Shown: piece after piece, positions 6,082 through 8,258 of the stretch
Layout of the letters: every line of letters starts with the position of its first letter
Numbering within the stretch: the stretch's first letter is position 1
From: Allobaculum fili
GTDB lineage: Bacteria; Bacillota_I; Bacilli_A; Erysipelotrichales; Erysipelotrichaceae
DNA length: 8,258 nt
NCBI RefSeq assembly: GCF_020969955.1
Contig: NZ_JAHDSX010000067.1
Span: 1 to 8,258 of the forward strand
Direction of reading: 5' to 3'
The notes under the pieces: model-generated
The model's input: only the letters and a program-made list of their open reading frames with translations
Databases searched by the model: none
What the model was told of the DNA's origin: nothing
Position numbers and translations under genes: made by a program

Positions 6082-6254
6082 AATCTTCTCCTCCTCAAAA
6101 AATCTGTTTCTAATCTTACCATACGAAAAAGATGAATTCTCTCTTTCATTCGCTTTATGTACGGTTTCTTTAGCGCCCCAGTCCGTACACGGACCAGAAA
6201 AGAAGGTCGACTCTGCGCGCCGCAGACGCTTTTTCTGCCGCTCGATCGGAGCGA

Positions 6255-7742
6255 TCAGAACGTCCGGCAGGTGTGCAGCGCATCAAGCCAGCGTAAGTAT
6301 TCGCGCTCCATTTCCTTCTGGTTATCCTGCGGAACAAACGAACGTTCGACTTCAATATTCAGATCGTCCCAGTTCCAGAAGCCGCACGCCAGACCAGCCA
6401 GATAGGCGGCGCCAAGCGCCGTCAGCTCATTGATTTCAAAGCGGTCGACTTCCATGCGGCAAAGATCCGCCTGCTTCTGCAGCAGGAAATTGTTGGCGGC
6501 AGCGCCGCCGTCCACTTTCAGAATCTGAATGGGAATGCCCGAATCGGCTTCCATCGCATCCAGAACGTCCTTGACCTGGAATGCCATGCTTTCGAGCGCC
6601 GCCCGGACGAGTTCATCCGTTCCCGTCGAAAAGGTGAGACCGACAATGACCGCCCGTGCCCGTTCGTCCCAGCTTGGCGCGCCCAGACCGACAAAAGCCG
6701 GAACTATGTAGACGCCGGTACTGCCGGCACGCACCGCCATTTCTTCCGTCTGACTGACGGAGTAAAAGAGGTGAAGCTTGTCGCGCATCCACTTGAGAAT
6801 GGATCCGGAAACAAAAATCGAGCCTTCCAGCGCATACGTGACCTGATCGCCGATTTTCCAGGCGATCGTGGAAAGCAGGCCATGGCGGGAACGGACGATT
6901 TCCGATCCGGTGTTCATTAACAGGAAGCCGCCGGTTCCATACGTGTTTTTTGCCATGCCTTTTTCCAGACACAGCTGACCGAACAGCGCGGCCTGCTGGT
7001 CGCCGACGATCGAGCAGATGTCGACTTCCTGTCCAAAGAGAACGTGCGGCGAAGTCGATCCGTACACCTGCGACGTGGAAACGATTTTAGGCAAAATGGC
7101 TTTTGGAATATTGAAGCGCTCGAGAAGTTCGTCATCCCATTCGACGGTTTCGATGTTGCAGAGCATCGTTCGCGACGCGTTGGTCGCATCGGTCACATGG
7201 ACTTTCCCGCCCGTCAGATTCCAGACGAGCCATGTATCCATCGTGCCAAACAGAATTTCACCAGCTTCCGCTTTTTTGCGGGCGCCCGGAACATGATCGA
7301 GCATCCAGACGATTTTGGATGCGGAAAAATACGGGTCAATGCGCAGGCCGGTCTTGCGGCGGACAAACGGTTCCAGTCCTTCGTCTTTCCATATATCGCA
7401 GATCCCCGCGCTTTGCCGGGACTGCCAGACGATGGCCTTGCAGATGGGCAGGCCTGTACGCTTATCCCAGAGAATCGTCGTTTCGCGCTGATTGGAAATG
7501 CCGATTCCGCGAATCCGCGAAGGATCTGCGGACGCTTTGTTCAGTACGTCCGCCAGAACGCCCAGCGTGTCGTACCAGACTTCCATGGCGTCCTGTTCGA
7601 CCCATCCGCTCTGGGGATATTCCACTTTGCATTCTTTCTGCGCCATGGCCTTCATGTGCTGTTCGTGATCAAACAGGATGGCGCGCGTCGATGTCGTGCC
7701 CTGGTCGATCGCCAGGATATACTGATTGTCATTCATATTCAT
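6255..7742 (-). CDS. glpK: Glycerol kinase (FGGY family)
   Basis: Motifs: YILAIDQGTTSTRAILFD, ITNQRETT-like ISNQRETTILWD, GDQQAALFGQ, KNTYGTGGFLLMNTG, VDGGAAANNFLLQKQADL. I chose the start at MNMNDNQ (ATG 7740-7742), which gives 495 aa, the usual GlpK length with the DQGTTS motif about 12 aa from the N-terminus. The frame stays open to an ATG at 7892 (545 aa). Neither start has a good SD, so the start is uncertain while the identity is not. Confidence 0.92.
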   Translation of the reverse strand: MNMNDNQYILAIDQGTTSTRAILFDHEQHMKAMAQKECKVEYPQSGWVEQDAMEVWYDTLGVLADVLNKASADPSRIRGIGISNQRETTILWDKRTGLPICKAIVWQSRQSAGICDIWKDEGLEPFVRRKTGLRIDPYFSASKIVWMLDHVPGARKKAEAGEILFGTMDTWLVWNLTGGKVHVTDATNASRTMLCNIETVEWDDELLERFNIPKAILPKIVSTSQVYGSTSPHVLFGQEVDICSIVGDQQAALFGQLCLEKGMAKNTYGTGGFLLMNTGSEIVRSRHGLLSTIAWKIGDQVTYALEGSIFVSGSILKWMRDKLHLFYSVSQTEEMAVRAGSTGVYIVPAFVGLGAPSWDERARAVIVGLTFSTGTDELVRAALESMAFQVKDVLDAMEADSGIPIQILKVDGGAAANNFLLQKQADLCRMEVDRFEINELTALGAAYLAGLACGFWNWDDLNIEVERSFVPQDNQKEMEREYLRWLDALHTCRTF

Positions 7743-7956
7743 TTTTCGACACCCGGACAGCCTGTTCTGGAACCGCTGCTGTAAAGATGCGGCGTTTTTT
7801 GCCAGATTTTTTCGGCTTTGCCAATCGGATGTCTTTACCTCTTTCTTGATTTTATCGACTTTGGAGGGCGGCGTCGCTGAAGACTGGCTCATGCCTCAAG
7901 GCTTTTTCTTCTTTGCGGGCGCCTGTCCGATTCGACGCTCTCCGACTGGGTTTGGC

Positions 7957-7985
7957 CTGAGACAGGTCCCTTCTTTTTCTACAAT
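7957..7985 (+). promoter_or_regulatory. Candidate sigma-A-type promoter facing away from glpK
   Basis: CTGAGA (7957-7962, 4/6 to TTGACA), a 17-nt spacer, then TACAAT (7980-7985, 5/6 to TATAAT). The predicted TSS is near 7992. Confidence 0.3.
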
Positions 7986-8070
7986 ATTTTTATGAGGCTA
8001 AAACGAAGGTTAAACGTATCGTTCCAAACTGTAAGCCGCCTCATCGTGTCGACGCGTAAAACCCTTCCAT

Positions 8071-8101
8071 ACAAAAGAAAAAGAGCACGTCGGACGTGCT
8101 C
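8071..8101 (-). terminator. Minus-strand intrinsic terminator-like hairpin embedded antisense in the candidate plus-strand unit
   Basis: GAGCACGT (8083-8090) / ACGTGCTC (8094-8101) form an 8-bp GC-rich stem with a 3-nt loop (or 7 bp with a 5-nt loop). On the minus strand it is followed by TTTTTCTTTTG (8082-8072). It could terminate a gene right of the window, or act as an attenuator about 330 nt upstream of glpK. Confidence 0.6.
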
Positions 8102-8194
8102 CATGAACGGCGGAAAAAACAATCCATATTTAATTAGAACTTTCCCAATGAGCTTAACTATACAAATCGCTCGTTTTTGAAATTTCATCCCATC

Positions 8195-8229
8195 AGAGAG
8201 CCTTTTTCCGAGGCTCTCTTTTTAATTTT
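8195..8229 (+). terminator. Plus-strand Rho-independent terminator
   Basis: AGAGAGCCT (8195-8203) / AGGCTCTCT (8211-8219) form a perfect 9-bp stem with a 7-nt loop, followed by TTTTAATTTT (8220-8229). On the minus strand the hairpin is followed by GATGGGATG, which has no U-run, so it is oriented for the plus strand. Confidence 0.7.
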
Positions 8230-8258
8230 CCCCTGGCTCAATGACCATAACTACGATT

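Larger units (their letters stand above)
7992..8229 (+). other. Candidate small plus-strand transcription unit (sRNA or a leaderless 62-codon ORF) bounded by the promoter above and the terminator at 8195-8229
   Basis: The ATG at 7992 sits exactly at the predicted +1. A 62-codon ORF (7992-8180) ends 15 nt before a strong plus-strand terminator. Its product has 16 Arg/Lys and no Asp/Glu, and uses AGG/AGA/CGA/CTA/TTA/ATA codons that the confident genes avoid, which argues against coding. ATGAGGC (7992-7998) can pair with GCCTCAT (8038-8044). Confidence 0.3.

Noticed and set aside
7044-7849. 246-aa and 205-aa plus-strand ORFs
   Set aside because: They are antisense to glpK, R-rich and lack translation signals.
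7917-7980. Hairpin GGGCGCCTGTC/GACAGGTCCC followed by TTCTTTTTCT, considered as a plus-strand terminator
   Set aside because: The loop is about 33 nt with no convincing internal pairing. No plus-strand gene lies upstream, since the region is antisense to glpK. The element also overlaps the candidate plus-strand promoter. It is kept only as a possible leader helix.
8030-8043. cre-like (CcpA) site TGTAAGCCGCCTCA near glpK
   Set aside because: It has two mismatches to the recalled TGWAANCGNTNWCA consensus, including the central CG, and lies about 290 nt from the glpK start.
7979-8188. 69-aa minus-strand ORF and 62-aa plus-strand ORF (7992-8180) as protein-coding genes
   Set aside because: They are mutually antisense. 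Their codon usage is unlike the neighbouring genes, and neither has an SD. The minus-strand ORF contains a minus-strand terminator in its middle. Coding is not excluded for the plus-strand ORF (leaderless geometry), but it is not supported well enough to call a CDS.
1-8258. Possibility that the window encodes a novel defence, toxin, mobile or other multi-gene system
   Set aside because: Every sizeable ORF that looks real matches a familiar housekeeping or cell-envelope family by motif. There are no nucleases, ATPases of unknown type, integrases, transposases, repeat arrays or phage genes. The only unexplained sequence is short and intergenic, so claiming a new system would not be supported.

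Overview
This window looks like an ordinary chromosomal housekeeping and cell-envelope neighbourhood from a moderately GC-rich, Gram-positive-type (Bacillota-like) genome. The pointers are strong GGAGG-type Shine-Dalgarno sites, hairpin-plus-U terminators and an LCP-family protein. Six coding regions are supported. On the minus strand: an AI-2E family transporter with a long charged C-terminal tail (386-1990), a 55-aa two-TM peptide absent from the ORF track (2075-2242), thioredoxin (3594-3920), a CpsA-like multi-TM LCP phosphotransferase (4168-6081) and glycerol kinase (6255-7742, start uncertain). On the plus strand: a membrane-anchored CwlT-type lysozyme-like protein (2590-3225). Several intrinsic terminators fit these gene boundaries well. 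I find no rRNA or tRNA gene, CRISPR array, transposase, integrase, or recognisable defence or toxin gene, and I cannot support a novel multi-gene system here. The least explained sequence is the lower-GC, ORF-poor stretch upstream of glpK (about 7893-8258). It holds a self-contained plus-strand promoter-to-terminator unit with a minus-strand terminator embedded antisense in it, so it may be an sRNA, a leader or an antisense locus. Secondary oddities are two pairs of near-perfect direct repeats at 20-21 bp spacing in intergenic regions, a 40-nt palindrome in the trxA 3' region, and the missing Shine-Dalgarno site and open 50-codon upstream extension of glpK. All functional calls rest on motif recognition by eye. 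No database search was run.
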